Below, one piece after another: positions 38,157 through 50,646 of a stretch of DNA of 64,000 nt (positions are counted from its first letter, which is position 1; every line of letters begins with the position of its first letter). This DNA is from an uncultured Solirubrobacterales bacterium (GTDB lineage Bacteria; Actinomycetota; Thermoleophilia; Solirubrobacterales; Solirubrobacteraceae), in assembly GCA_963743555.1 (NCBI GenBank), contig CAVUQG010000013.1, forward strand, positions 42,125 to 106,124. Reading direction: 5' to 3'. The position numbers and the translations under genes are program-made. Under the pieces are notes generated by a model. The model did no database searches and was not told the DNA's origin. It was given only the letters and a program-made list of their open reading frames with translations.

Positions 38157-38752
38157 CCCGACAGCTTGGCAAGTACATCGGCCAGTTCGCGCCGCAAGTC
38201 GGCGACGCTACCGTCGTTGTGGACCACGAAGCTCGCGCGCGCCGCCTTTTCCTCTTGAGGAAGTTGCCTGCTGACGCGCTCCCCGGCGAGCGCGTGCCCG
38301 CGCGTGGCGGCGCGCGCGCGCCGCGCGTCCTCCTGCGCGATCACCGCGATCGTCGCGTCGAAGCCGCTCTCCATGCCCGCCTCGAACAGCAATGGCACCT
38401 CGACCACGGCCGCCCTGGGTGCCGGTCGCAACGCGCGTGCATGCTCGAGCCACGCACCCATGCGGGCTCCGACGAGCGGCCACAACAGGCCCTCCAGCCA
38501 CTTACGCTCCTCCTCCCCGCCGGCGAACGCCTTGGTAGCGATAGCGGCACGATCGACGACTCCCCCAGGCGCGACCTCGGCGCCCCAGCGCTCGACGACC
38601 GCATCCTTGACCTGCCGCTCGCCATAGAGCTCGTGCACCACCGCGTCGGTCGAGAGCACCTGCGCGCCGAGCTCTTCGAGCGCCTTCAGCGCAGTCGACT
38701 TACCGGCGCCCATGCCGCCGGTAAGCCCGACGAACGGCACCACGGGCTGCAC
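38153..38752 (-). CDS. coaE: Dephospho-CoA kinase
   Basis: VGLTGGMGAGKST, EVPLLFE, VVHNDGS. Confidence 0.95.
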   Translation of the reverse strand: MQPVVPFVGLTGGMGAGKSTALKALEELGAQVLSTDAVVHELYGERQVKDAVVERWGAEVAPGGVVDRAAIATKAFAGGEEERKWLEGLLWPLVGARMGAWLEHARALRPAPRAAVVEVPLLFEAGMESGFDATIAVIAQEDARRARAATRGHALAGERVSRQLPQEEKAARASFVVHNDGSVADLRRELADVLAKLSG

Positions 38753-38764
38753 GGCTCGAACTCG

Positions 38765-40384
38765 TCAGTCTTGGGCCGGCTCGCCGGCGGGCTGCTCGGC
38801 GTCGGCCTCGGCAACCGGCTCCTCGGAGGCGACCTCCGCAGCCTGAGCCTCTACAGCCGGCTCCTCTACAGCAATCTCGGCGAACGCTGCCTCCAGTGTG
38901 GGCTCCTCCACCACAACCTCAGCAACCGGCTCCTCAGCGGCAGGCTCCTCGGCAACGGGCTCTACCGCCTGATCCTGGGCCGTCGGCTCCTCCACGAGCT
39001 CCTCCGCAGCGGGCTCCTCCGCGACGGGGACCTCCTCAGCCGGCGCGTCAACGACGGCCTCAGCTGCGGGCTCGGCGACAGTAGCCTCCGACGCCAAAGC
39101 CTCGGCGGCCGCCTGCTCGGCCGCGGCCTGATCGGCTGCCAGCTCACCGGCATCCTCTCCAACTGCCACGTCAAGCGAGTCCTCGAGCACGACCTGCTCC
39201 TCGGCCACGGCCTCGGGCTCGGCCGGCGAGGCCGCCGGTCCGTCCGGTCGCGGCAGCGGCAGGATCTGATCCTCCACCCGCTTGGCCGACAGCGACAGAC
39301 GTCGGCGCTCTGAATCGATCTCGAGAATCTTCACGCGGATCTCGTCGCCCGGGTGCACAATCTCGCGCGGGCTCTCGACGTGGTGGCCGGCGAGCTCTGA
39401 GATGTGCACCAAGCCCTCGACACCATCGAGCACCTCGACGAACGCGCCAAACGTGACGACCTTCGTGACCTTGCCGGCGAGCTCGTCATTAACGTTGTAG
39501 GTGTCGACGATCCGCTGCCACGGGTCTTCCTGGGTCTGCTTGAGGCCGAGAGAGATGCGCTGGCGGTCGCGGTCGATGTCGAGCACCTTGACCTGCACTG
39601 TGTCCCCGATGTTGAGGATCTCGCTCGGGTGGTTCACGTGCGACCAGGAAAGCTCTGAAATGTGGATCAGACCGTCGATCCCGTCGAGGTCCACGAACGC
39701 GCCGAAGTCGACAATGTTGGAGATCTGACCCTCCACGACGAGGCCTGGTTGCAGGCGATCGAGGATTTGCTGACGGACCTCCTTGCGCTCCTCCTCAAGC
39801 ACCGCGCGGCGCGAGAGCACCACGTTGTTGCGCGAGCGGTTGAGCTCGATTACCTTCGTCTCGATCTGCGTGCCGAGGTACTCGTCCAGGTTGGGCACAC
39901 GACGGATGTCGACAAGCGACGCTGGTAGGAAGCCGCGCACTCCCAGATCGATGATCAGGCCGCCCTTGACGACCTCGATGACAGAGCCCATGACCGGCTC
40001 GCCCGACTCGGCGGCTGCCTCGATGCGACGCCATGCCTTCTCGAAGCGGGCCCGCTTCTTGGACATGATCAGGCGTCCGTCCTGGTCCTCCTTGGTGAGG
40101 ACCATCGCGTCGACCTCCTCGCCGAGCGACACCTCCTCACGCGGATCTACTGACTTGCGGATCGAAAGCTCGTTGGCTGGGATGACGCCCTCGGACTTGT
40201 AGCCGATGTCGACGAGCACCTCGTCCTTGTCGATGCGTACGACATTGCCCGTCACGACCTCGCCCTCCTCGAAGGGCTGCATCGTGGCGTCGTAGTTGGG
40301 GACTATCTGCCCGTCGATTTCAAGCAGAAGCCCATTGGACCCCTCGACCAGATGGGCCTGGGGATTCTCTATAAGTGTTTGCAC
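38765..40384 (-). CDS. rpsA: 30S ribosomal protein S1 with long acidic C-terminal tail
   Basis: Four S1 domains ([33 protein letters not shown]). Confidence 0.97.
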   Translation of the reverse strand: MQTLIENPQAHLVEGSNGLLLEIDGQIVPNYDATMQPFEEGEVVTGNVVRIDKDEVLVDIGYKSEGVIPANELSIRKSVDPREEVSLGEEVDAMVLTKEDQDGRLIMSKKRARFEKAWRRIEAAAESGEPVMGSVIEVVKGGLIIDLGVRGFLPASLVDIRRVPNLDEYLGTQIETKVIELNRSRNNVVLSRRAVLEEERKEVRQQILDRLQPGLVVEGQISNIVDFGAFVDLDGIDGLIHISELSWSHVNHPSEILNIGDTVQVKVLDIDRDRQRISLGLKQTQEDPWQRIVDTYNVNDELAGKVTKVVTFGAFVEVLDGVEGLVHISELAGHHVESPREIVHPGDEIRVKILEIDSERRRLSLSAKRVEDQILPLPRPDGPAASPAEPEAVAEEQVVLEDSLDVAVGEDAGELAADQAAAEQAAAEALASEATVAEPAAEAVVDAPAEEVPVAEEPAAEELVEEPTAQDQAVEPVAEEPAAEEPVAEVVVEEPTLEAAFAEIAVEEPAVEAQAAEVASEEPVAEADAEQPAGEPAQD

Positions 40385-40485
40385 CGGTCGAAGCCTAGCG
40401 CAGGGACGCCGCCCGGGGCTGAGACCCCGCGCCTAACGGCGCGGGGTCCATGGGAATTGGTTGGGTACATATCATTGGCCGTCGT

Positions 40486-41644
40486 ATGCCGGTTAGAGCG
40501 ACGAAGCGCGGGGAGCTGCGCACCCCCCTCAAGCGCGATTGCGACGTACTTATCTGCGGTGCTTCCTTCGCCGGGCTGGCCATCGCGCGCGAACTGGCCG
40601 ACACGGGGGCGCGCGTGCTTGTGATCGATCGCTATGAGATCGGCGAGCGCCAGACCTCGGCTTGCGGGATCCCCACCGGTTGGCTGGAAGCGATGTCGCT
40701 TACGGGCTCGCTGCGCCAGACCTTTGACGAGCTTGTCGTGCACACGCCCTGGACTACGGCGCGATGGCAGCTGCCCTGGACGTTCTCCACCTTCGATTAC
40801 CGCGAGCTGTGCGCGCTGCTGTGGGGGCAGGCCCATCCGAGCGATGCCGAGTTCGAGACGGCCACGGTCAGCGGCCGCGACGGCAACACCGTTCACACCG
40901 ACCGGGGGGATTTGACGGCGCCGCTGATCGTCGACGCACTCGGCTGGCGTCGTGTGCTCTCCAACGACACACCGATCCAGCCCCCGAACGCGCGTCTTTC
41001 GCGCGGTCTGGAGGTCCATCCGACACGGCGCTGGCGAGGAGCTGGAGCTGTGGATCGACCAGAAGTACATCCGAGCCGGCTATGCCTGGAGCTTCCCGGC
41101 GAGCGACGAGCTGCGCGTGGGCGTCGGCTCTTTCTGGCCTGCCCATCACGTCAAGGAGCCGACCGTGCGTCTTGCCGGCGATCTTGGCCTGCCGCCCGAC
41201 GGCTATCAGGGCAATTGGATTCCCCACCAGCTGCGGCCCGCGGTCGAGGACGGTGTGTTCTTCGTCGGCGACTCGGCCGGGCACTGCCTGCCGCTCACAG
41301 CCGAGGGGATTCGCACTGCCCTCTACTTCGGCCTTGCCTGCGCGCGCGAGCTGGCGCCCGTGCTCGTCGGTCACGCCACTCGCGAGCAGGCGCTGAGCCG
41401 CTACGGCGCCTTCTCGGATGCGCACGAGCGCAAGTATCGCTGGTTGCTGAACACCCAGCGCGCGGTCGGGCGACTCACTCCCACTCGCGCGATCACGCTG
41501 CTGGCGCGCACACTCGCCTCAGAGCGTGTTTGCGCCTGGTCTTTCAACCACTACCTGGAGATCGCCCCGCCGTCTTTCGTGGCGGGCGGTCCCGGTCGTG
41601 ATGTCCGCTCGCCCCGAGCACGCGTAGCCGCGGCTACAGCTTGA
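40486..41644 (+). CDS. FAD-dependent oxidoreductase, geranylgeranyl-reductase-like (frameshift near 41025)
   Basis: DVLICGASFAGL..VIDR, GYAWSFP, FVGDSAGHCLPLTAEGI. Confidence 0.85.
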
Positions 41645-41667
41645 GATCCAACCCTTACGAAATGGGC

Positions 41668-41694
41668 ATGCCCCCCGCGCGCGCGGGGGGGCAT
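41668..41694. repeat. REP-like palindrome, copy 3
   Basis: ATGCCCCCCGCGCGCGCGGGGGGGCAT between convergent genes. Confidence 0.8.
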
Positions 41695-41769
41695 CGTCGA
41701 TTTGCAACAGCTCATCCCTGCGCAGCCGCAAGTGCGCAAAAGGGCCAAACGGCCAAAGCTCAAAGGGAC

Positions 41770-42964
41770 CTACGCGACCTTACGCAGCTGCGGGCGGGTC
41801 GTGCTGAGCGCCTGAAGCGCCAAGCGGCTTGCCTCTATCGCACTTGCCCACGAAACCTCGGCCAGCATGCCATCGGCGGCGACCATGTCCCCGGCGAGGA
41901 ATACGCCGTCGCCACGATCGACAACTGGACGGTCACGCCAGCTGGAGCCCGGCATGTCCAAAGCGCCCGAGCGTGCGTCCATCACCTGACGCCGCCGCCA
42001 CGTCTCGCGCTCGCGCCAGTCCTGAATGCTGACGTCCAGGAAGCGCTCCAAGCGCGCTGCCGCCTGCTCCGCGCTCTCATCTGGGCGAATCGGCATCTGC
42101 GCCTGGATCAGCTCCTCGCCGTCCGGGGCGATCGTCGGGTTGGCGCCGGAGTAGCGACCGATCCAGCCCGACTCGTCCAGGTCGGAGACGATCGTCGGGT
42201 CTCCACGGCGGTAGCGCACGCCGATGTCCAGGCAGAGCGTGCGGCCGCTCTGCCAACGCAAGCTGTCGTCGCCGAGCAGCTCACGGGCCTGGTCGAGCTC
42301 GGTCGCCACGATCGTCGGCGTGGCCGGCAGCTCCTCCACGCGTGTGCCCGTATCAACTGTCACGCCAAGCTCACGTACATGCTTCTCAAGCGACTCCACC
42401 AACGTGCTCCAGCCAGCCACCGGATAGCGCACGATCGACGGAGCCGTCAACAGCAGGCGCACCATGCGCGGCCACACGAACGCCGCCGAGAGCTCGCCCG
42501 GGTCGTGGTGAAAAGTAAAGACGCCGGCACCCGAGGACAGCATCGCCGCGGTCTCGTCGTCCACGTGAGCTGGCCATCCACGTCCTGAAATCGGTGGCCA
42601 CCGGCGCTTCGCGGCCACGCAAGCGCAGGATCGCAGGCAGAGTTCCGAGCGGTGGCGTGCGTCGCAATGTCCCGCCCATGCGCAACCGAACTCCGGTCAG
42701 CCGCGCGCTGCTGTGCTCCGGGAGGATGTCGCGCTCGCGCATCCACCTCCAGAACGCGCCGTCTTTGTACATGGCGTGCGGGCCGAGATTCGCCTTGTAG
42801 GGGCCATCGGTGCTGCGGCCCCTGCCACCGAGGCTCTCGTGAGCCTCGACGAGGCGCACCTTGGCTCTCTCCTCGGCGCAGGCGATCGCCGCCACGAGTC
42901 CCGCGATTCCGCCTCCGACGATCGTGATCTGTGGCTTGCCGGCGCTTTCTTTGACTGGGCTCAT
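41770..42964 (-). CDS. FAD-dependent oxidoreductase, phytoene-dehydrogenase/amine-oxidase-like (frameshift near 42570)
   Basis: IVGGGIAGL..EAHESLGGR, NLGPH, VFLAGD..AEVSWASA. Confidence 0.82.
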
Positions 42965-43135
42965 GGTCGCTGCCTCCTTGAAAGACGATCGCTTGGTCTG
43001 AGTGCCGTCTCATGACGGATGGACCAGGGAATGGGTTTGGGCTTGGGGGCTTTGGATTCGAAGTGATCGGGTTGGAGCGGATGTCGCTCCGATGATCAAG
43101 TTACGCCGATACTGGTCTCTATTACAGTTCCAGTA

Positions 43136-44539
43136 GTGACAAACAAAAGAGGGCCAGTTGGAGGGCCGGAACTACTTGTCGAGCTGGACCGCGACGGCGA
43201 GCTGCCGCTGCACGAGCAGATCGAGCGTGCGCTGCGCGCTCAGATTCGCTCCGGGGTCCTCCCGGCCGAGGCACGCTTGCCCTCGACGCGTGGCCTTGCC
43301 CAGGAGCTTGGGGTTTCACGCGGCGTGGTGACCGAGGCATACGAACAGCTTGCTGTAGAGGGCTATCTCACCACCAGTCAAGGGGCGCCCGTGCGCGTGG
43401 CCAAGGCGGTGCGTGCCTCCAGCCAGCGGCCGCCTGCTCGCTCACTGCTACAGAGCTTCTCCTACAACTTCCATCCTGGGCTGCCGGACCTGCTCGATTT
43501 TCCCCGCGAGGCGTGGCTGCGCTCGCTGCGCTCGGCGCTACGCGATTCGCCGCTGGATTCGCTCGGCTACGGCGACCCGCGCGGCGTGCCGGCGTTGCGC
43601 GAAGCGCTTGCAGGCTACCTTGGGCGTGTGCGTGGGGCCGATGCCGATCCCGAGCACATGCTCGTGTGTACCGGCTTCATGCAAGGGCTGTCTCTGCTGT
43701 GCCGAGCGCTGCGGGGACACGGCGTCGAGCAAGTGGCACTCGAGGATCCCGGCTGGCATCTGCACCGGCTGATCGTCGAGCAAGCCGGGCTTGAGGTTGT
43801 GCCGATCCCGGTCGACGAGAGCGGGCTGCGCGTCGATGCGCTTGCCGCGACTGAGGCTTCGGCGGTTCTGCTCACACCCGCTCACCAGTTCCCGACCGGT
43901 GCTGTGCTTGCTCCCGAGCGACGGGCCGCGTTGATCGAGTGGGCCGAGGACGAGCGGCTGATCGTCGAGGACGATTACGACTCCGAGTTCCGCTACGACC
44001 GCGTTGCCGTCGGTGCGCTGCAAGGACTTGCCCCGGAGCAGATCGTGTACATCGGCTCCGCTAGCAAGCGGCTTGCACCCGCGATGCGACTTGGTTGGAT
44101 GCTGTTGCCGTCCTGGCTGACCTGGGAGCTGACCGCGGCGAAGACGATCGAGGACTGCGGCTCGGAGGTCGTCGGCCAACTGGCCCTGCGCAACTTCATC
44201 GCCCGCGGCGAGCTCGACCGCCACGTGCGCCGCATGCGCCTGCGTTACCAGCGCCGCCGCGAGGCGCTGATCGGGGCACTGGAGCGCTGGCTGCCCGATG
44301 CTCACGTGAGCGGCGCCGATGCCGGGCTGTTCGAGCTCGTGATGCTGCCTGAAGAGATCAACGAGTCGCTGCTACTTCGGGCGGCCGGCAAGCGCGGCGT
44401 GGGTGCCGAGGGGCTGGCGCTGCACCGCTTTGCTGCCGGCGGGCCTCCGGGCTTGCTGCTCGGCTATGGCAACCTTCCCGAGCCGGCGATCGAGCAAGGT
44501 GTGCGGTTGCTCGGCGAGGCTTACAAGCAAGTGTCCTAG
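43136..44539 (+). CDS. MocR/GabR-family regulator (GntR HTH + PLP aminotransferase domain)
   Basis: LPSTRGLAQELGVSRGVV, EDPGW, TPAHQFPTG, EDDYDSEFRY, GSASK. Confidence 0.94.
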   Translation: MTNKRGPVGGPELLVELDRDGELPLHEQIERALRAQIRSGVLPAEARLPSTRGLAQELGVSRGVVTEAYEQLAVEGYLTTSQGAPVRVAKAVRASSQRPPARSLLQSFSYNFHPGLPDLLDFPREAWLRSLRSALRDSPLDSLGYGDPRGVPALREALAGYLGRVRGADADPEHMLVCTGFMQGLSLLCRALRGHGVEQVALEDPGWHLHRLIVEQAGLEVVPIPVDESGLRVDALAATEASAVLLTPAHQFPTGAVLAPERRAALIEWAEDERLIVEDDYDSEFRYDRVAVGALQGLAPEQIVYIGSASKRLAPAMRLGWMLLPSWLTWELTAAKTIEDCGSEVVGQLALRNFIARGELDRHVRRMRLRYQRRREALIGALERWLPDAHVSGADAGLFELVMLPEEINESLLLRAAGKRGVGAEGLALHRFAAGGPPGLLLGYGNLPEPAIEQGVRLLGEAYKQVS

Positions 44540-44638
44540 ACGTCGAATCATCGCGCGGAGCGAGGCGGCGCCAGCGTGCGCCTTGGGGCGTTTCCGCACA
44601 CAGGGGCTTCACGCACAGAGGCGTTTGCGCTGCCTCGG

Positions 44639-45082
44639 CTAGCGCCTCACTACCAGCACGACCCCGGCCACGAGCAGCACGAAGCCAAGAACACGAGGGG
44701 CACCGATCGGCTGCTTGGCGATTCCCAGCAGGCCAAAACGATCGATCAGGATCGCTGCCGCGAGCTGACCGGAGATGACGATCGCCGTGAGGCTGGAGAC
44801 GCCCAGGGTGCGTACGGCGACGAGCGCGACGGTCACGTAGACGGCGCCCAGCAAGCCTCCGACGAATGCCCACCACGGGGCCTTGCCGACGTTGCCGAGG
44901 CTGCCGATGCCTTCGCTAGTGAGCGAAGTAATCAGCAACAGCACGACCGTGCCGACCAGGAAGGACACCGCGGCAGCCGGCACCGAACCGACCGCCTGGC
45001 CCAGGCGGGCGTTGACGGCCGGCTGCATCCCCACGAGCACACCGGCGATGGCTACCAGCACGATCGCCAGCGGCCGACTCAC
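44639..45082 (-). CDS. DMT-family transporter (YdcZ type)
   Basis: Q.AVNARL, PWWAFVGGLLGA, GQL..ILIDRFGLLG. Confidence 0.9.
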   Translation of the reverse strand: MSRPLAIVLVAIAGVLVGMQPAVNARLGQAVGSVPAAAVSFLVGTVVLLLITSLTSEGIGSLGNVGKAPWWAFVGGLLGAVYVTVALVAVRTLGVSSLTAIVISGQLAAAILIDRFGLLGIAKQPIGAPRVLGFVLLVAGVVLVVRR

Positions 45083-45170
45083 GAGGACCGCCCAGCCGCC
45101 GGGGCATCCGCCAGATGCGTCGACCTGCGCGTGCGACCGATCACGAGCGCGCGTCCAATGTCGGCGCGGC

Positions 45171-47843
45171 TCACTTCGCCTCCAGCCAGTTCTGGCCCAC
45201 GCCGATATCCACCGCCATCGGCGGGGAGTGCTCCCACACGCCGCACATCTCCTCCTCGATCAGCAGGCACGCCGCATCGCGCTCATCGGGCGGACCTTCG
45301 AACAGCAACTCGTCGTGGATCGTGAGGATCTGCTTGGTGGCGAGACCCGTATCCCGCAGCGCGTTATGACAGCGCACCATCGCCAGCTTGATGATGTCGG
45401 CCGCGGTTCCCTGAATGACCGTGTTGACTGCCAAGCGCTCGCCAAGCGAGCGCACCTGGTAGTTGCGCGCTTGCAGCTCTGGGATCTGGCGGCGCCGGCC
45501 CCACAGCGTCTTTACGTGACCCTCCTGCTTCGCCCGCTCGATCGTCTCCTCGATGAACTGCGCGACACGCGAGAAGCGCGCTAGATATGCATCGATGAAA
45601 GCCTTGGCCTCCTCGCGCGGGATGTTCAGCCGATCCGCCAGGCCGAAATCCGAGAGGCCGTAGACGATCCCGTAGTTGATCATCTTGGCCTTCGAACGCA
45701 TCCCCGGGTCGATTTTTTCGTGGTCCACCCCCCCAACACCGAACACCTCGGAGGCGGTGGCCGTGTGAACATCTTCGCCGCGCTCGAAGATCTCCACGAG
45801 CACCGGCTCTTCAGCCGCATGCGCAAGCACGCGCAGCTCGATCTGGGAGTAGTCAGCTGAGATCAGCACGCGGCCGTCCTCCGCCTCGAAGCAGCCGCGG
45901 ATCTCGCGCCCCAATGGAGTGCGAATCGGGACGTTCTGCATGTTCGGGTTGGTGGATGCGAGGCGTCCCGTCTGCGCTCCGGCCTGCAAGAAGGTTGTGT
46001 GGATGCGCGAGCGCTCGTCCACCATCTGGGGGAGCACATCCAGGTAGGTCTTGATCAGGGTTGAAAGCTCGCGCCAGCGCTCAATACATGGGACGATCTC
46101 GTGCTCCTCGCGGATTGCCTGCAACACGCGCGCGTCGGTGGAGAAGCCCGTCTTGCCGCGACGCTTGCGCGAAAGACCGAGCTTGACGAACAGGATCTCG
46201 CCCAGCTGCTGGGGCGAGCCGATCGTGAACTCCTCCTCGGCGAGCGCGAAGATGCGTGCTTCGAGCGACGCGATCTCCTCGTAGACGCGTTCTGTGATCT
46301 CTCGCAAGCGCTCCACGTTCAAGCGCACACCGAGCAGCTCCATCTCGCGCAGCACCGACACCAGTGGCAACTCGATGTCTCCCATCACTGCCTGCAGCTC
46401 GCGCTGAGCGATCTGCTCGCGCTGCCACGTGGCCAGAGCTCCGAGCAACAGCGCCTGAGCGGCAACAGGATCCTCGACATCTGTAACCAACCCCCGCTCT
46501 TCGCACAGCTCGTCGAATGGGTAGCCGCGACGAGCCGGCTCGAGCAGGTAGGCGCCGAGCAGTGTGTCATGTGCGAGGCCGGGCGGGACCAAGCCGAGCG
46601 CCTTCGCGTCGTGCGCGACGACGGGACGATCGGCGCAAGCCGCGACCACCTCCTCGGGTCCGGCGCAGTCGCCGACGAGCACGCTCCCGCGCCGAGCCCC
46701 AACGGCAGACGCCTGCTTTACGGCAGGCGTCTCCTCCGGCGAGGACTCAGCCGCCGGCACCAGTTGGGCATAGACAGCAAAGCGCCACGGAGCGCATTCG
46801 GCGAACAGCTCACCCTCGGGCGCCTCGCTCTGGTGCACCACCACACACAACTCCTGCGCCGCATCGCCCGCCAACACGAGCTTGGCGATGTCGGCCACGG
46901 CGCCGTGTCGCACATGTGCTGTGAGCTTGACCTCATCTGAGGAGGTCGTCTTGGCCAACTCGACCTCGCCTAGCGCCTCCTCCAGGCGACGCAGTGGGTC
47001 GCGCAGCTCGTAGCGGCGGAAGACCTCACGCAAGCGCGAGCGATCTGGCTCGTGCGCCGCCTCGCCACTCAGGTCGAAATCGAGCGCCAGATCGCGCTGC
47101 ACGGTGGCGAGGCTCATCGACATGCGCGCATTCTCGGCGTGCTCGATCAGGTTCTGTTTGCGCTTGGGGCCGCTGACCTCGTCAACGTGCGCCAAGATCT
47201 GCTCCAGGCCGCCGAAGCGCTGGATCAGCTCACTCGCGGTCTTCTCACCGATGCCGGGGATGCCAGGGATGTTGTCGGAGGTGTCGCCCTTCAGGCCGTA
47301 GAAGTCAGGGATCAGCTCGGGCGGCAGGCCATAGCGGTCGATCACCGCCTGACGGTCGTACAGCTTCGTCTCGGTGATGCCACGCGCCGTGGCCATCACC
47401 TGCACGAGACCCTGCTCGTCGATCAACTGGAAGACGTCTCTGTCACTCGTCAGGATCGTTACGGGCACGCCCGCGCCGCGCGCCTGCTCGGCAAGCGTCG
47501 CGATCACGTCGTCTGCCTCATAGCCCTCCAGCTTGATGTTGCGATAGCCGAACGCATCGACCAGGGGTTCCATCGCCGGCCATTGCGCCTTGAGCAGATC
47601 CGGGCGCGAGCGCCGCCCCGCCTTGTAGTCGGCGAACAGCTCCGTGCGCCCAGAGCTGCCCGCGTCCCACGCGACGACCGTCGGCTGCACGCCATAGTCG
47701 GTGATGATCTTCACGAGCATCGAGGCGAACCCGAAGATCGCGTTGGTGGGCTCGCCCGTGGAGGTCGCGATCGACTCCGGCAACGCGTAGAAGGCCCGGT
47801 AGACGAGGCTGGGACCGTCGATCAGGAATACGCGGCGCTCCAC
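45171..47843 (-). CDS. polA: DNA polymerase I
   Basis: LIDG.SLVYRAFYA, GDTSDNIPG, TGRLAS.NPNMQN, ADYSQIELR, KMINYG, IHDEL. Confidence 0.97.
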   Translation of the reverse strand: MERRVFLIDGPSLVYRAFYALPESIATSTGEPTNAIFGFASMLVKIITDYGVQPTVVAWDAGSSGRTELFADYKAGRRSRPDLLKAQWPAMEPLVDAFGYRNIKLEGYEADDVIATLAEQARGAGVPVTILTSDRDVFQLIDEQGLVQVMATARGITETKLYDRQAVIDRYGLPPELIPDFYGLKGDTSDNIPGIPGIGEKTASELIQRFGGLEQILAHVDEVSGPKRKQNLIEHAENARMSMSLATVQRDLALDFDLSGEAAHEPDRSRLREVFRRYELRDPLRRLEEALGEVELAKTTSSDEVKLTAHVRHGAVADIAKLVLAGDAAQELCVVVHQSEAPEGELFAECAPWRFAVYAQLVPAAESSPEETPAVKQASAVGARRGSVLVGDCAGPEEVVAACADRPVVAHDAKALGLVPPGLAHDTLLGAYLLEPARRGYPFDELCEERGLVTDVEDPVAAQALLLGALATWQREQIAQRELQAVMGDIELPLVSVLREMELLGVRLNVERLREITERVYEEIASLEARIFALAEEEFTIGSPQQLGEILFVKLGLSRKRRGKTGFSTDARVLQAIREEHEIVPCIERWRELSTLIKTYLDVLPQMVDERSRIHTTFLQAGAQTGRLASTNPNMQNVPIRTPLGREIRGCFEAEDGRVLISADYSQIELRVLAHAAEEPVLVEIFERGEDVHTATASEVFGVGGVDHEKIDPGMRSKAKMINYGIVYGLSDFGLADRLNIPREEAKAFIDAYLARFSRVAQFIEETIERAKQEGHVKTLWGRRRQIPELQARNYQVRSLGERLAVNTVIQGTAADIIKLAMVRCHNALRDTGLATKQILTIHDELLFEGPPDERDAACLLIEEEMCGVWEHSPPMAVDIGVGQNWLEAK

Positions 47844-47928
47844 GCCGAGCACTCTATTAGGCGCTCTCGTTCGCAACGTGCCGCCTTACGACCAAGTCTG
47901 CCGGCGAGAGATGGGCACATCCAAAAGC

Positions 47929-47960
47929 ACGATGCCCCCCGCGCGCGCGGGGGGCATCGT
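47929..47960. repeat. REP-like palindrome, copy 4 (perfect 32 bp)
   Basis: ACGATGCCCCCCGCGCGCGCGGGGGGCATCGT between divergent polA and malic enzyme genes. Confidence 0.85.
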
Positions 47961-48070
47961 CAAAATGGACATCATCGGCAGCTCGGTTCGGGGTGGAGCG
48001 CTCCGAGCAAATAACATGCCGGACCGCCCGGTTACCGCGCCGGCCATTTTCGAGGAGGAGTCCCGTCCCA

Positions 48071-49582
<1,512 letters not shown>

Positions 49583-49644
49583 GGCACAGAGGCGACCGGC
49601 CACACCGCGCCGGCCATGCGACAACCGGACGGAGCAAGAAGGCC

Positions 49645-50646
49645 ATGCGGATAGCGATCACTGGAGCGACGGGCCTGATCGGACGACGCGTGGTGGCAGC
49701 GCTGAGGGAGCGCGGCGACGACGTTACGGTCCTCTCACGCGATCCCGGCCAGGCACATAAGCAGCTGGAGAATTCGAAGCAATCAGCCGACACGCACGAC
49801 AAGACAACTGGCGAGCCTCGTGACACCACAGGCACGGACGGCGAGACGACAGGCGCACTCGACGCGCAAGGTTGGGACCCGACGCGCGAGCCGGCGCCCG
49901 CCCAGGCCCTCGCGGGTCGCGACGCGATCGTGCACCTGGCCGGCGAGAACATCGCGCAGCGCTGGAGCGCCGCCGCCAAGCAGGCCATCCGTGAGAGTCG
50001 AGTGACGGGTACGCGCCAGCTTGTAGAGGGAATCGGGGAGCTGACCGAGGCCGAGCGGCCCAAGGTGCTCGTGAGCGGCTCGGCGATCGGCTACTACGGC
50101 GCCCACGGCGACGAGCCGATCGACGAGGATGTCCCGGCGGGTAGCGACTTCCTCGCGCAGACATGCCAGGCGTGGGAGGCTGAGGCCGATGCTGGCGAGG
50201 GCTATGGGTTGCGCGTGGCGAAGGTGCGCACGGGCGTGGTGCTCGACCGCGACGGCGGTGCGCTTGCCAAGATGCTGCCTGCCTTCAAGCTGGGCGTGGG
50301 TGGACCGGTCGCCGGTGGGCGCCAGTACATCTCCTGGATCCACCCGGACGACCTGGTGGGAATCGTGCTCGCGTCGATCGACGAGCAGCAGTGGCAAGGG
50401 GCGATCAACGCGACCGCACCGGAGCCGCAGCGCAACGGCGACTTCTCCAAAGCCCTCGGACGCGCGCTGAAGCGCCCCTCGTTTCTTCCAGTGCCTGGGG
50501 CCGCGCTTGGGCTTCTCTACGGAGAGATGGCCGAGATCGTCACGACCGGTGCGCGCGTGCTGCCCGCCAAGGCGCTGGTGCTCGGCTACCAGTTCCGCTA
50601 CCCGAAGCTCGACGAGGCGCTACGTGCCGCGCTCGGCAACGATTGA
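49645..50646 (+). CDS. TIGR01777-family SDR/epimerase
   Basis: ITGATGLIG, HLAGENI, SAIGYYG, GRQYISWIH, NATAP. Confidence 0.92.
   Translation: MRIAITGATGLIGRRVVAALRERGDDVTVLSRDPGQAHKQLENSKQSADTHDKTTGEPRDTTGTDGETTGALDAQGWDPTREPAPAQALAGRDAIVHLAGENIAQRWSAAAKQAIRESRVTGTRQLVEGIGELTEAERPKVLVSGSAIGYYGAHGDEPIDEDVPAGSDFLAQTCQAWEAEADAGEGYGLRVAKVRTGVVLDRDGGALAKMLPAFKLGVGGPVAGGRQYISWIHPDDLVGIVLASIDEQQWQGAINATAPEPQRNGDFSKALGRALKRPSFLPVPGAALGLLYGEMAEIVTTGARVLPAKALVLGYQFRYPKLDEALRAALGND

Noticed and set aside
43098-43160. CTGG/CCAG motifs near the MocR start as a novel regulatory element
   Set aside because: Consistent with ordinary MocR-family operator repeats and too short to define confidently.
46380-46950. 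PolA middle domain lacking 3'-5' exonuclease motifs
   Set aside because: Inactive proofreading domains are common in Gram-positive PolA.
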